Shown piece after piece: positions 11,773 to 25,741 of a DNA stretch of 64,000 bases; positions within the stretch are counted from its first letter, which is position 1, and each line of letters begins with the position of its first letter. The translations under genes were made by a program, and so were the position numbers. The notes beneath the pieces are model-generated. The model had not been told where the DNA came from and did no database searches. It saw only the letters and a list, made by a program, of their open reading frames with translations. Origin of the DNA: Haliotis rufescens (taxonomy: Eukaryota); the NCBI RefSeq assembly GCF_023055435.1, contig NW_025963857.1, positions 16,678,001-16,742,000 on the forward strand, read 5' to 3'.

Positions 11773-12085
11773 GACCCATGATGATCCGGGCTAGAATAGG
11801 CCTTCAGCAACCAATGCTTGCCGTAAAAGGCGACAGAGGCGACAGAGGCGACTAACGGGATCGGGTGGTCAGGCTCGCTGACTTGGTTGATGCATGTCAT
11901 CGTATCCCAATTTCGTGGATAGATTAATTTATTCTCAACAAACCACCCGATGTATACCATAGCAGTTGTTAAAACCTGTTTGCCAAGGTGGAGTATTCAC
12001 TGGATTGTCTGGTTCAGACTCGATTATTTACAGACCGCCGTCATATAGATGGAATATTGCTGAGTGCGGCGTTAAACAACAACCA
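11773..12085 (+). mobile_element. SINE family B with an internal insertion (about 11920-11995)
   Basis: Family-B head and tail. Confidence 0.85.
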
Positions 12086-13157
12086 ACTTGCATTTTCCCT
12101 TCCGGAGTAATGCAATTATACAACACATATAACTTGGGCAGCATGAGTTATGCGCGCACCGCATTCAGTGCTAAAATCAAATCTGCGTCTGGCTATGGAA
12201 GCTGCCTTGCCTTTCACAACCTTAGCAAGCTTAACCCTGTGGTAGACACAAACAAACATCGCTTCACTACTGCCTTGCCATGTCTTGTTCGCCAATGGTT
12301 CCACCGTCAAATGTTGACGCGTCTTCTATAATAGGCATACTCTGGCTGCAGTGGTATCTGCTGTTTTCTATCTCTGAGAGTAACGATATGAACTCCACAG
12401 TAATCAGGCCCGTACAGTATTGTTCCACTCTCTCCATCCAGAGAGAGAGAGAGAGAGAGAGCACATGTTGGAATTTAGAATTTTGATATGTTTAGATTTT
12501 AAAATATGTGCCTCCTGAAGATTTTGAATCAGTGCCATTGATGACAATGGTCCAAAAGTAACTGAGGCGACGTAAAATATTAGCTTCAATTAGGCTACAT
12601 ACGTTACCAGGATTAAAAATATAATCACTTATCTAATTAATGCAGCACATAAGCTCCGAACGTAGATGTATTTACTTCTTAATTGCACGATCGCTCTAGT
12701 TATGTGTTTCAAGATTTGCCAGCACCATCCATTACCAACAACAAGCTGAAACGCCCTTATGTGACTTAAAAAACTGTTCAAAGCGGCGTTAAACCAAACT
12801 CACCCACTCGCTCTAACAGATGCCACCAATACTGCACAGGTAACCGCTTACCGGCTAAAGGCTAAGATAATTATCTATAATCGTTGTCGGTAATTGAGTG
12901 AATTGGGTTTAGAGGCCCGTCAATGATATTACTGGAACATACAGCGAACTTAGCTTAATGTTTGAGAACAGAGCAAAGTGACAAAGGAAACTCACGAGAA
13001 CAGATATGGTACCTTCAAACGAAGGATCGTGATTAATGACAATCTGGATTCGAGCGCACAATCAGTGAATCCTGGTACAGTTAAGGAACGTAAAACTGCT
13101 AAACGAATTGCGGCGAATTGGTGTCAGTGATGGCAAACAGAGGACGGATGTCTTTAT

Positions 13158-13735
13158 CGACGTTGATCTGCCTCTTTGAATCACGGGAACTCGTCCTTTC
13201 TGTTTTCACGGACGTTGATCCACCTCTGTGAATACCAGACACTCGTCCATTCTGTTGTCACGAACGTTGATCCATATATGTGAATACCAAAAACTCGTTC
13301 ATTCTGTTGTCACGGACGTTGATCCATATATGTAAATACCAGACGCTCGTCCATTCTGTTGTCACGGACGTTGATCCATATATGTAAATACCAGACGCTC
13401 GTCCATTCTGTTGTGTCGGACGTTGATCCATATATATGTGAATACCAGACGTTTGTCCATTCTGTTGTGTCGGACGTTGATCCATATATGTGAATACCAG
13501 ACGTTTGTTCATTCTGTTGTCACGGACGTTGATCCATATATGTGAATACCATACACTCGTCCATTCTGTTGTGTCGGACGTTGATCCATATATGTGAATG
13601 CCAGACGCTCGTCCATTCTGTTGTGTCGGACGTTGATCCATGTATGCGAATACCAGACGTTTGTCCATTCTGTTGTGTCGGACGTTGATCCATATATGTG
13701 AATACCGGACACGCGTCCATGCTGTTGTCACGGAC
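13158..13735. repeat. 52-bp minisatellite, about 11 copies
   Basis: Unit ggacgttgatccatatatgtgaataccagacgctcgtccattctgttgtcac. Confidence 0.95.
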
Positions 13736-14019
13736 AATCCATCATCTGTTCTGATTCCTTGGTTTGATTGCACGCGACCCACGTGTGCGCATTGGTTTCG
13801 CCAAAGAGGGAAACGTTAACGACAGCGTCACGTCGGTTCCCTTGCTCCAATATTCAACTGACATGCCGGGATATAACTGAAATACTGTGCGGGCGTTAAA
13901 TCTCACGCGCTCGCTCACTTTCCCTATATGTTCTAGTTCTACCATGTGCACGTCCTCAATGGTCTAAATCTGTTCATCATCGACGTTGATCTATCCAACA
14001 CGAAAACCAGACACTCGCC

Positions 14020-14490
14020 CCCTCCATGGCCTATAGGGCGTCTGCCCAGAGAGCGGAAGGTCGGTGTTTCGATACCCGATCGCGTCATACCAAAAGACGT
14101 TAAAAAGATGGCACTTGTTGTTACCGTGCCTGGCCCCAAAGGGTGATAAAACAATTACTTTTCGCCTCGCAGTCAGAATATGTGCCTGTGTGTTAAACTG
14201 CGGCCTGGTGTGTAAGTGGGCTAGCACTATAAAACACACGCACACGCACATGCATAGTGCAATAATCTTCAACGCGACGTTAAACCCAATTTTGGGGCGT
14301 TCGGGTAGCCTAGTGGTTAAAGCGTTCGCTCGTCACGCCGAAGACCTGGGTTCGATTCCCGACATGGGTACAATGTGTGAAGCCAATTTCTGGTGTCCCC
14401 CGCCGTGATATTGCTGGGATATTGCTAAATGCGGCGTAAAATCAAACTCACTCACTCACTCACTAAACCCAATTTTAACTCACCTCACCT
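14020..14490 (+). mobile_element. SINE family C hosting a nested family-A SINE
   Basis: tRNA-like head, Meta-like core, tail split by the insertion. Confidence 0.8.
14294..14463 (+). mobile_element. tRNA-derived SINE family A, nested
   Basis: A box gtagcctagtgg, B box ggttcgattccc, (ACTC)n tail; 13-bp TSD taaacccaatttt at 14281-14293 and 14464-14476. Confidence 0.92.
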
Positions 14491-17400
14491 CCTCTCCGTT
14501 GCCACGGACGTCGAGCCACATCTTTATTAATACCAGGCACTATTCTGTCTTCAATTTTGTCTCACCTGGCACGCGTTATTATACAACTTTGGACCAAACG
14601 GCTTACACATATCACTTCTGAGGAAATGCCAGCACACTATTTTCGTAAGAGAGACCACATTTCCCACTTGAGGTACGAGTATCTGCCTACATGCTATCAT
14701 CCACAGTGTTAAACCTGTCCTATTTGCAGCCTACAGTTTGTATCGAGTTCACCACAGGTTATAGTTAATCCACAGAAACATGCAAAGGTTTGCTGTAAAT
14801 TCTTTGATATGCTGATAAGCCCGAGTCCGGTGTTTTCACGAAGTCTCCACACCGTATATAGAGAGGCGTTTAAACTGTAACCTCGTTAGACTGGACCTTG
14901 TTAATCTGGAAACCCTGCCTATTAGAGGGTGACTGTTTTGTATGTCTATATACGTAAATTAATCCTTATTCGTAACCCGATAATGCTTGTTTGTTTGTTT
15001 ATTTGTTTTTATCGCCGCACTCAGCAATATACTCAGCATATAACTATATTACGGCGGGCTGTAAATACTTGAGCGTTTAAACCGGCAGATTTCATTTTAT
15101 GTAGTATCGTCCGGATTAATGAGGTTTAACTATAACTCCATCGAAAAACAAAAACAAAACTCCTTTACATGAAGACGGGTTAGATTGTGATATATTTAAA
15201 TATTCTCATGAATTTATATTTGTAAGTGTTGGTTTTGAGAAGATAATTAACTATGTAAAAGGGCCTTAATATGAATATCAGTCCGCGTGGGTATGTTTGT
15301 TTGTTGATTCCGCCTACTTTAACTGGCACTATGAAGAAAGTGCACTCAGTGTATATTGCCACTGTGTTACTCGCTATTACAGAGCTGTGCTTTGGATGTT
15401 ACTCATCGGCTGTCGGTACAGGACTGTTTAGAGCGTCCCATCGTCTTGTAGACGGTCCGAGTTCGAGACCAAACATGGATCAAAGGTATTTGGGGTGACC
15501 CTTTGCGTGATACTGCTTCAGCGGTTTTAAGAACGTATATTATTCACTCACTCACTCACTCACTCACTCACTCGCCCTGTTATTAGCCTCAGTGTTGCCT
15601 CACCGAATCATGTAAACATCGGCATCAATTATCATAAAACACAACTTCAGTCAACCCTAAATAAGGGAGAACATTATTCCTATATATCTCAGTATTATAT
15701 TCATATCATCAATGCTTCAAGAATCAAGATATATACACCAAATCTATAAGCTGATCATATCACTGCCTCTACTGCTTATCAGTTATCACACTTTACAAAA
15801 ACAAAAGTGTTACTTAATTGAATAAGATATAGGTTATTTCTTTATTTAAGTTTGGGATTAATACTAAACAATTAAAACATCGGAACATATTTGACTCCGA
15901 GACATGATAATGACAACAATATTACATCCATTGGTATATAATATGGTTTCTTCAGAGGTATATCAGGTTACAGTCTGACTCGCGCGACATCAGCACTGGC
16001 ACCTTGTTGGATGGTACACGCTCAGTGGTGCTATATGTCATCGTGGCACCAGTATGGTAAACGCCCGCCCAGGTTCTGCAGTCTTGCATTTTGTTCGAAC
16101 CAATGCGCTTGTGAGTGACTACAGCACACAAGTATACACACTGTAAGCAATAACCTGCCGTTACCCACCCTCTCCTGAAATATCCGTCCTTGACGCGGGC
16201 TTGCTTCACCATTTATAGGCAGGTGAGAGACACACTTGAAGAATCTGCCGGTCGGAACCATTATGGCAGCGAGGGGTGTCAGGTTAATATCAAGTGCTCC
16301 ATAACAGCGGGCTGCTAAAATTTAACGATACAAACGTTTTTTGATTATTTTTTGGTTTTGAATGGTTTAATGTTCTTTAAACCAAACATATGTGCATTTT
16401 GGCTTATAATATTGTTTTTGAGTTAAATTTGATATTTTTAACTTTCTACCCCTTAAGATAGACTGGTCCCACATGACGGTATATTCGACTGTAGTCTACG
16501 GCTGTACACTGCCTGCTAGATTTCCCTCCAGTCCTCCTAAGCTGTAACTTTGGTCGTGGATTTTCGATCTATTTCGAATTAGGCGACCTAGAAAAGTAAG
16601 TAAAATTATTTTCTTATGTTGTATAATTAACTCATTTGTGAGACTACGTGTGTAACGATAATGGTACAAATTGCCGAATAAGCAATATTTATTTACATCA
16701 ATATGCAAATGAGGAATATTGGATTTACCTGTAATACGGACGTTTTTCACCTGGAAACACCTGACCAGGTATCGACCGACAATCTTGACGCAGGAATCGG
16801 TTACCATGGAAAGGTCGTGATATTTCTGAGCCACTGTTATGCCAGATGTATTAGAAACTTGAGTCCACCTCTCAATACTGGGCCCCGCGCATGTACGTAA
16901 GACCATAGGCTACCTCATGTGTGCCGGTACTAAGAAAAAACCTGTCCGTACGCAAGCTTTATAGGAGAATCATTTTTAGCAAGTCTTCACTGTCGTGGGA
17001 GAAGTGGTCTAAGCCATAGTCTAGAACCACTCCAACCTTTTTCATCAGCCTGTTTTCGTTTTAGATTCTCACGACAGTGATTTATAGATAAGTTTTAAAA
17101 AAACACTTAAAATGAAGCTCTCTCCTGTCTGGAACAACTATGCGTATTTGAAGAATCCGCAGACTTTTCAACAAGTTGCAGTTCAAAATGCCCTTGACGA
17201 GGCTGAAGAGAGGGTAGGTGGTGTGATAACTTCGTTATGTCACGGGTAGCCATTTTGAATTTGATTCAAGCTTGCGCAATCGTGTAAATCTGCTCCGGGT
17301 GTAACAGTTGTAGGTAATGATGAAGTACACTTTGTTAAAGCGATGCTATTATTAGATTCCCAACCTGATACGGCTGACTTTTTCACCTTCAGCCATTGTT

Positions 17401-19215
17401 TATGTTTCATAAGGGGATGTTTTTTGATGGGAAGGTCCAACATGGACGGCTATTTTGGCGTTGTGGCATCCGCTTTCCAAACATTACACTGAAAAGAAAA
17501 GGTTAAGACAATGACTTCTTCAAACATCCTATCCATGGAACGATTTTCAAGATTTGTGCAAGTTTGATACACCTGTACATACCAGACAATAACATTTTCC
17601 TCCGTAGGTATATATAGGTAAGGCTGGTACGTGACGGTGTTACTGATTCACCGCAGTGTTATTGTCTGGTATGTATACCATTGCCATGTCGACATGCAAG
17701 CTGGACACAGAGACCGATACGAACACAGACCCATCCTTCCTATACAGTAGGGAAATGGAATATATGGACATCGATTTGAAGGAATATTGCCTTCTTAAAT
17801 GGCCTCCACGAGAGGATTCGTTTAGTTTGGCATTTACCCCTCGCTGACTCAGCATGGATTCTTGGAAGGCCACCAGGTTTCTGCTAACTCGTAGGTGAAG
17901 CAACTATTTGTTTTTTCCTCCAAATTTCTGGCGCAAACAAGAACAAACAAACTTTCTCCAGCAAAATAAGTCAGAGCGGTTTCACGGTTATTTACTCATC
18001 ATGGATATTTTTGTCAACTTTGGAACAAATAGGCGATTTTTTTGTCTCATAGTTATAACGGGTCATTAATCCTTGGTATTGAACGCTTAAACATGAAAAC
18101 ATTCATAAACCATTTCTATGATATAGATGGACTATGGTTGTGTGTACGCTGGTTCTTTGTGTTCCGATTTGCAAACATGGATCCAATTAAGAATATCTTC
18201 ATGTAATTAATTAATGGTTTTAAACAATGAACAGGTGAGGCTCAGCGGGTAGCTATGACTAAGAGGAGGTTCTTCGCCCCCGGCTACTCAGTGGTAAGAT
18301 TCACAGCATTCAACTAACACACGGCCACCGCCATTTGTTTCGCCAGAAGACACTTGGCAGCCATATTGGAATTTCTGACAACTGCTTTATTTAGTAACTC
18401 CAAAAAAGTTATGTAGTCCTACCACCGGGCATAGACTATTTTCTGGATTTTGGTGATGATATTGAGTTGTCAGATGTTCCAGGATATTTATATTGTTCTG
18501 CAGCTTTGTACAACTTTTGTTGCGACATGCTTTACATATTCAGAGAACGGGGCACTGTTACATGCATCAATCTTTGTGCTACGAGTTTTGTATCTCCCAT
18601 CATTTAACATAGACTTGTAATAGTCGAAGCGCAAAGAACGTTTCGTTTTGTGGAACGAAGATCCTGTCTCCTTTTTCTCACACAACATACGCATGTTGTC
18701 TAACTGTCTAACTGAATTTAATTGAATGTTACGATCGTAAATGTGTATGTGCAAAATATGCTTAGGTACTGGGTTTAATTAAAATGGCCTATGACAACGA
18801 CCTACGTCACTAAGTGAAATGTATCTGACGTCCACTACGTGTCCTCAAGGTTATAAACGCATTTGATATCAAACACATATATTCTTTAATAGCTGTTCCC
18901 TTATTTATTTTTTCAGTATGTCAGTACTAATCAGTGATAAATGCATGAACAAGCAATCTCACGCGTACAACTTTCTGTGTGTATTTGAATCTCTATCTTT
19001 TGAATTGCTAATGTAACATAGTTTACTAACACCTGGTGTCATCATTGATTATCAATGATCCATTCATATTATTGGCACCGCCAGTTTGCCTTTTACGCCC
19101 AATGGAATCTGTGTTGGTGGAAAATCGAGACCTGTATGCTTTGGCGTTGACGTTTTATATCTAGATCACATAATAAGGGAAGCGAGATAATGTGATCTCA
19201 GAATAAGGTACTTCC

Positions 19216-19371
19216 NNNNNNNNNNNNNNNNNNNNNNNNNNNNNNNNNNNNNNNNNNNNNNNNNNNNNNNNNNNNNNNNNNNNNNNNNNNNNNNNNNNNN
19301 NNNNNNNNNNNNNNNNNNNNNNNNNNNNNNNNNNNNNNNNNNNNNNNNNNNNNNNNNNNNNNNNNNNNNNN
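19216..19371. other. Assembly gap
   Basis: 156 N. Confidence 1.
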
Positions 19372-21666
19372 TGGATTCTATTCCACATTTAACGGTGGAA
19401 TAGTTTGGTGTAGACAAATGCAACCTGTCTGATAGACCTAGGTTCCCACATATGGGTACACTTCCCGATTCTCGTTTTCCCCGTTATAGTGTGCAAGCGG
19501 TGTTCAACTACACTCACTCACCCGAGGGGAATAACTGACTTGAACTCCATGTAATTCCCCGAACACTCATTTGCTTAGATTGCAGGAACAGTTCTGTTGT
19601 TTGTCAAACATTTTTCTCGGTCATGTTGTCCGATCAACTTTAGTTCTCGTTACTGAAGTAATTACATTCCCCCTTTACCCTACAACCCTTCCTCCATCCC
19701 CCTCCCGCCCATATTTGAAACATAGCCTGTTGTGTCAGTGGCCTGTGCCAAGAGTGCCAAATACCTACAATGCAAGTACCAAGTTGCCATGGAAACCTAT
19801 GAAGATAAGAACGTAGCGTTCTAGATCTTCCGTCATGTTTTCCTCAGATGCGCCAAAGATAACAAATCCAAGGATCACACTGCAACACTTGGTGCATTTT
19901 GTTGCATATTAGTGCATTTGGATTAAAAATTATTTTTTTTAAATGAGGGTCCAAATCTGTATTTATCATGGAAGTTCCTCCACTCTGATATGATAACGTG
20001 GGTGTGTTCGCAAGAATCCCCGTGAGTCAGGGTTGCTGGTTCGGTACCTGTAGGCGCACTGTGGCGTAAGACCGATAACTCTATCTGTATATAGGCTGTG
20101 TGTGGGTGGGTATGTGTGTGCTAATGCAAGGGCAATCTTGTCATGGTGGATGTAATGTATAAAATGGAGCTCAACCGCCAATAATGATACCAAACGGAAA
20201 CCTTTGTACTTTACCTGTATAAAGTTCATACATTTTTTAGATTTGACGGACAACGTGTAAGATATTAACTGATTTAAATACTGTATATCTATTATTAAAT
20301 TTTGTATTAAACTTAAACTAATTCATTATTTAGTTCAACATAACTTATGTAATTATGTTTATTGCAAAGTATACCTATTTCGCAGATTATAACTTCTTGT
20401 TTCTTTAAATTCCATTGCTGTTTGAAGTACATGTTTTCAATATGGTATTTAACAAAAACACAAACTGTACATTTTGAGAGATACGTTAAAATAAATAAAT
20501 TGTACTGGTGACGTGTGCAATGGAATTCCACTGAGACGTATTTAAGTCACGTGGTACTTAAGGTCTTCCAGCCATTTGGTATGACCAGATGTCTATCTTT
20601 AAAGTAGCATGCTACTTGTGAGAAGTCAAGTGATAGGTTAAATTACCACCGAATGTCTTTCAGCCTTAAACACCAAAAAATGTGTATTGGAAAAGTTAAC
20701 ATCGCGCATACAGCATATAGACATAGAGTTCTTTCAAGTACAAAGTACCGTATCCTAAATAGTAACAGCCTAGCTGGAGCTCGGGCCTACCAACCCCCGC
20801 AGTTGTTTATGAGCAGGAAGAATTGTTCCTGCATATGCGGCCGAGTCTATGTCAATATAGCTTTCCGAATGGCTCTCACATATGCGGCCGAGGCTATGCC
20901 TATATATACCTATACCTTCACTCGTGTTGTGTGAGCCAGTGAATGCCAGTGGGTTGACGCGATGCACTGATACCGGCTCAAGATACTCATATATCTGTCA
21001 CTGCCGCATTTCACTGTCTCTCCGTTATTAGAACCAGAGCAGCAAATATTCTTACCTGAAGGACGAATAGAGATATGCAATTCTTGCGCGGGGGAATGTG
21101 TGACAACATAAGAACACATGCAGACACTTCACATCCGGTATATGGGAAAACGGTAACATTGAACACCAAGCCGAATGTGCAGCAAGGCAATTTCTCTCGG
21201 ATGGAGAGTGACATAAAATAAGAATAACTGTAGATTTAGTTATCTGGCCACTAAAAATGCTGTCATAGTGTAATTCTTGCTTTTTAAAACATGACAAGTC
21301 CGTATGGAATCTCCATGCAAGCATATATATGGAATTGGACAGGGCTAGGGGAAATCACAGACTAAAGTCCAGTCCATGAAATCCCTTTCTCTTTGAAATC
21401 CTTTGTTTAGAAAAATATAAAAAAAACATTCTGTATAATTATTTTACCTCATGGTGAATAATTACATATCGTATCGGCGTATCTCAGGTAACATCGGCAT
21501 GTTTCCTTGATCATAACGTTAGCAATATTTTTTAATAAGGAAATAGTTCCACAATCAACTTTTAATAGATGGATTAATTTGATAATGGATTAGGAGATAC
21601 CAGGTCTTGTATATATTTTCGGTGTAGGTTTGGACACGTGTAGGTCTTCTCCATGTGACAATGGAG

Positions 21667-21784
21667 ATCGGGTATTTGTAGACTGAGCCAGATTGAACTG
21701 TTGGATATCGGGTATTTATAGACTGAACCAGATTGAACTGTTGGATATCGGGTATTTATAGACTGAACCAGATTGAACTGTTGG
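21667..21784. repeat. 40-bp tandem repeat, 3 copies
   Basis: Unit atcgggtatttatagactgaaccagattgaactgttggat. Confidence 0.92.
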
Positions 21785-21994
21785 CGGTGACTAAAGTGGG
21801 CGTTTAATGATCTGGTCCAAACTTGAATAGACGCAAGCCGGTTTCTCAATAACCCACTAAAACGATACACAGCACATACACTTAGGTAGATATACATATA
21901 TCCCCAATCTGCTGAAATCATTATGTTGGGCTTACTTTGGGGAGAGACAGTGAAAGATGTAAAGAAATGGTAGTCTTTGAGTCATTTTGATTGC

Positions 21995-22150
21995 GGGCAG
22001 TGGGTGGCCTAATGATTAAAGCATTCGCTAGTCACACCGAAGACAAAGGTTCGATTCCTCGCATGGGTTGTATTTGTGAAGTCCATTGCTGTACCCGCTA
22101 GAATATGCCTGAAGTATTGCCGAACGCGGCGTAAAACCGCACTCACTCAC
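21995..22150 (+). mobile_element. SINE family A, diverged
   Basis: Matches 14294-14463. Other diverged copies or fragments lie near 8455, 10805(-), 11590, 26697, 33845, 53130 and 56660. Confidence 0.75.
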
Positions 22151-23024
22151 CCTGTTTGTGTAGTGTGACTCATCCCTTGTTCTTGTCGCATTGTTTCCCA
22201 TCATTTTTGAGAAACAGTAACAGCTCCCATATGCCATGTTTCCACTTCAAATCGAGGTTTATCTCAGACATGTAGTCGCGGTGCAATCAATTAACATGGA
22301 GCTAAACAAAACTGCACCAACTGCATATTTCTTTAAATAGCTAACATTCCATTTGTCTGATAAAACTAAGCATTCCCTCACTGAGAGCTCAGAACGTGTG
22401 TAGCCCTCGTATGGTGCGCACAGGGAAGGTAAAAAAAAAACATGGATACTGAAACTTCCGATCCGAGGGACTTGAGATTGAAAAAGGTACGTCTTGCAAA
22501 TCTGCATATATACGACTCCTGCCAACTCTCATTCGTCAACACTCGGAAGTTTCCGTTTACTGCAACGGACCTGTCCGGTTGACACGGCAGCATGCCAAGC
22601 ACCTTTGAACTTTGTTAAGGATTTATTTAAGCGATGAAACTGAGGAAAACTTTATTTTACTGATTGGAGATAACGTGGAAACGTCACTGAGAACTGTTTA
22701 CCTTAAAAGGTAACACCTTGGTGAACTGTCTGTGTTTGGAATAAGTAAATAGGAAATAAGTAAAATATCACAGCACTGGCAGTATATTTGGTCAAGAAGT
22801 CAAAAGGAGAGCAATAGAGAAAGTTCCGTAAGAACTTGGCGAAACTAATTCAGGTCGACGTATGATTTGTCTTCGCTAAGTTGCTCAGGTTGTGAAAGGC
22901 AAGGCAGCTTCCTTAGCCAGACGCAGACTTTGTTTTCGCACTGAATGCAGTGACCGCATAACCCATGCTGTCCAAGTTATATATGCATTGTTTTAATGCA
23001 TTACTCAGGAAGGGAAAATCCAAG

Positions 23025-23246
23025 TTTGTTTGTTGTTTAACGTCGCACTCAGCAATATTCCAGCTTTATGACGGCGGTCTGGACCAGACAATCCAGTGAC
23101 TTGCATCATGAGCATCGATTTACGCAATTGGGATACGATGACATGCACCAATCAAGTCAGCGAGCCTGACCACGCATCTCGTTAGTCTGCTCTCGCGACA
23201 AGCATGCGTTGCTGAAGACCTATTCTATCCCGGATCTTCACGGGTA
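23025..23246 (-). mobile_element. SINE family B
   Basis: Reverse complement of the family-B consensus; head ends ...cggatcttcacgggt. Confidence 0.88.
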
Positions 23247-24238
23247 GTGAAATGCAAGTGAAAACTTCTGGATTATCAAGGTTCCGGATTAACGAATTTG
23301 ATACAGAGTAATATCCCTTTGCAACAATGTATACTCCCCATGAACCGGGTGCACACTGATCCAATGATCGGGGTTAGCGCTTTGAGCACGCACCTTGTAT
23401 ATGGAGTCTAGCGCAAAAGAAGTACATATTATTTATGTCGCCCAGCAAGTGGGATTCCAGACTTTCTCTTCATGATAATATTATTTTGTATTCTATTTTC
23501 ATGCAGTTAATATGTTAATACAGTTATGGTTATGGTATTAATTGCAGAAAAATGTAGTTGATATAATCCCCCTACATTTTAGGTGTTAGCTCAGTTGAAA
23601 GAATTTCAGTAATTGGCTCCCACATCAAATCGATACGCGTGTCCTCCGTCGTGGAGTATTGCTAAAAGCGGCGTAAAACCATATTCACTCACTCACTCTT
23701 CTTGGCAATTCCAAATGGAAAAAAGGGCGAGTCAATCACTCAGTCACGATACCTCGTACCACAGAACTTAAACTAATCACAAGAACAAGAATGCAAAGAT
23801 ATGATACTGCACAGATGGTGATGAGCCGTACATGCTTTTCTGACGGAGCTGTACCGAAGAACCATCTGCGTGTTATCATAAGCATATCGGGTGGTATGCA
23901 ATCAGCGGCATACACTGCTAAGACTGGTCGTTGGCTGTTGCTGTGTGTTTGCCAAGGTGTTGATCCCATTAAGTCATCAACAGTCTCCGGATAGACTGGT
24001 ACGTTTATTACAATAGTGTACACATGTGTGTTGATATTTCTTGTAAACATGTTTGTAAATGGAGCCATCTTACTAGTGAAGGTCACAGTTGTGTGTTGTT
24101 CATTGGGACCTGCTGTTTACATTAATCTTCTTTCGAGATACTGTTTTCCTGTTACCAAATCTATGATGCTGAAATATAATTACTGGATATCAGTTTACCT
24201 GTAGTGAATGTTGTCTCAGGTAAAGAATACAGATGCTA

Positions 24239-24365
24239 TACTACTCAAAAGAAGTTAAGGATCACCCGATTCTTTCATATTGGTAAAGTTAATCTGTCAT
24301 GGCATGAGAGATTAACTATAGTAATATGAAAGAATCAGGTGATCCTTAACTTCTTTTAAGTAGTA
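24239..24365. mobile_element. Tc1/mariner-type MITE (about 130 bp)
   Basis: About 40-bp TIR tactactcaaaagaagttaaggatcacccgattctttcatatt and its complement, TA flanks; relatives at 30204-30295, 38343-38457 and 62113-62238. Confidence 0.8.
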
Positions 24366-24441
24366 TATTTTTACATTCATCTTAAAATACCTAATAATGT
24401 GAACCTGTTTGCATCAGTGTCCCGACACCCTTACACCAGTC

Positions 24442-24708
24442 GGGGCACAGGTGGCCCGGCCATCTAAGGCGCCGCAATATTCCGTGAAGTTGCGTAACTT
24501 GGGCACGTCAGAAACCTATGATCGTGGGTTCAAATCCCGGTTCGCCCCGATTATGTTTGTTAGCACCATACCCGTGGTTTCACCAATGTGGTAAACGTCT
24601 GAGACATGCATCGCTTCGGGCTTTATTCCCTCATTAACCTGACACGCCGCGATAAAACTGGTATATTGTTCAAAGCTGCGTTAAACTCAGCTCACTCACT
24701 CTCACTCT
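24442..24708 (+). mobile_element. SINE family D (tRNA-Leu-like head)
   Basis: gtggcc..tctaaggcgc A-box region, cgtgggttcaaatccc B box, shared 3' tail and (ACTC)n. Confidence 0.75.
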
Positions 24709-25421
24709 TCCAACGCGTAAGCATAATAAGCAGGTGCCATATTAATCAGATCGATTCATGTAAACCAGATCCAGACCTGATAGAAGTCTGTTTTGATCTG
24801 GGTGATTTAAGTTCAGGTATCATGATTTGCTGAGCTGTTTGGCTGTGCTGACGAGTGGCACGGAGGCGCCGATAGTTCTCCTTGTGGCTACATGTAACAC
24901 TCCCGCGCACATACGTCCTTCCTGTCTGCACAGCTTACCACACTCGGCCAGAAGCCAATCCGACAACAGGTGCCCTCCCGCCAGCCCGCCAGCCCGCCAG
25001 CTCGGCGGTGGAAGCTGTGGGGAGATTGATACATTCAGTTACATCAGAGACCATATAATAGATTATATGGTCTCTAGTTACATCATGAATGTTGTGTTGT
25101 CTGAAGTACATAGTTAACCTTGACAATAAATTAGCTTGTGTAGATGAATTTGTGGATTTCAGTTTTGTCTGGTGGTCTGGTGTCTTGTGACAGAGATAGG
25201 ATTAGTGACACCCATGACTTTTAACTTACTTCCTAACTGATGTAATTAGCCATACCTTACCTAACCATCTTTTTGTAGACAAATTAGATTGTATTGCGGG
25301 TGCCACTGGTGCAAACACATGCTTACACTTTCCGCCTGGTGTCATCACTGGTTTTTGGTGTCGTACATTCATATAATGTCACTTCATAATTCTCTGGCAT
25401 TGACGTTTTATAATTTGAATA

Positions 25422-25596
25422 CAGTAAACTACGGTTATAACGAACTCAAAGGGACTACTAATTTTAGTTCGTTATAACCGTAATTCGTTATAAGCATATA
25501 GACAGTAAAGCTACAGCAAGTAGTCGGGACTAAAAAGTTAGTTCGTTATATCCGTTAGTTCGTTATAAGCGTGTTCGTTATAACCGTAGTTTACTG
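25422..25596. mobile_element. pogo/Tigger-like MITE
   Basis: Perfect 24-bp TIR cagtaaactacggttataacgaac, TA TSD, internal ttcgttata repeats. Confidence 0.88.
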
Positions 25597-25741
25597 TACC
25601 AGTGAATTTCTTGTTTAAACATGATGTTTGTTAACGTTAACACCGGGTATTAACAGCAGGGAGAAGTTGCTGTATTTGGACAAGGTGCATCGTTATTGAT
25701 AGTCGTGAAGAAGGTGTTCAACGTGTTCATTGCACTGTTCC

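Noticed and set aside
11514-12331. 148-aa and 121-aa ORFs
   Set aside because: They run through SINE sequence; the same peptide fragments recur at other SINE copies.
13258-13782. 174-aa and overlapping ORFs with repeated peptides
   Set aside because: Translation artefacts of the 52-bp minisatellite cycling through frames.
14294-14365. tRNA genes (also 24445, 34030, 46620-, 6018)
   Set aside because: A/B boxes are present but there is no complete cloverleaf or acceptor stem; most continue into a SINE body and tail.
16496-18754. Several 60-136 aa ORFs suggesting a decayed transposon gene
   Set aside because: No recognisable transposase, RT or other motif; element ends could not be defined.
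24830-25030. GC-rich patch with CCAAT and (cccgccag)3
   Set aside because: No linked exon or TATA could be supported; too weak to call a promoter.
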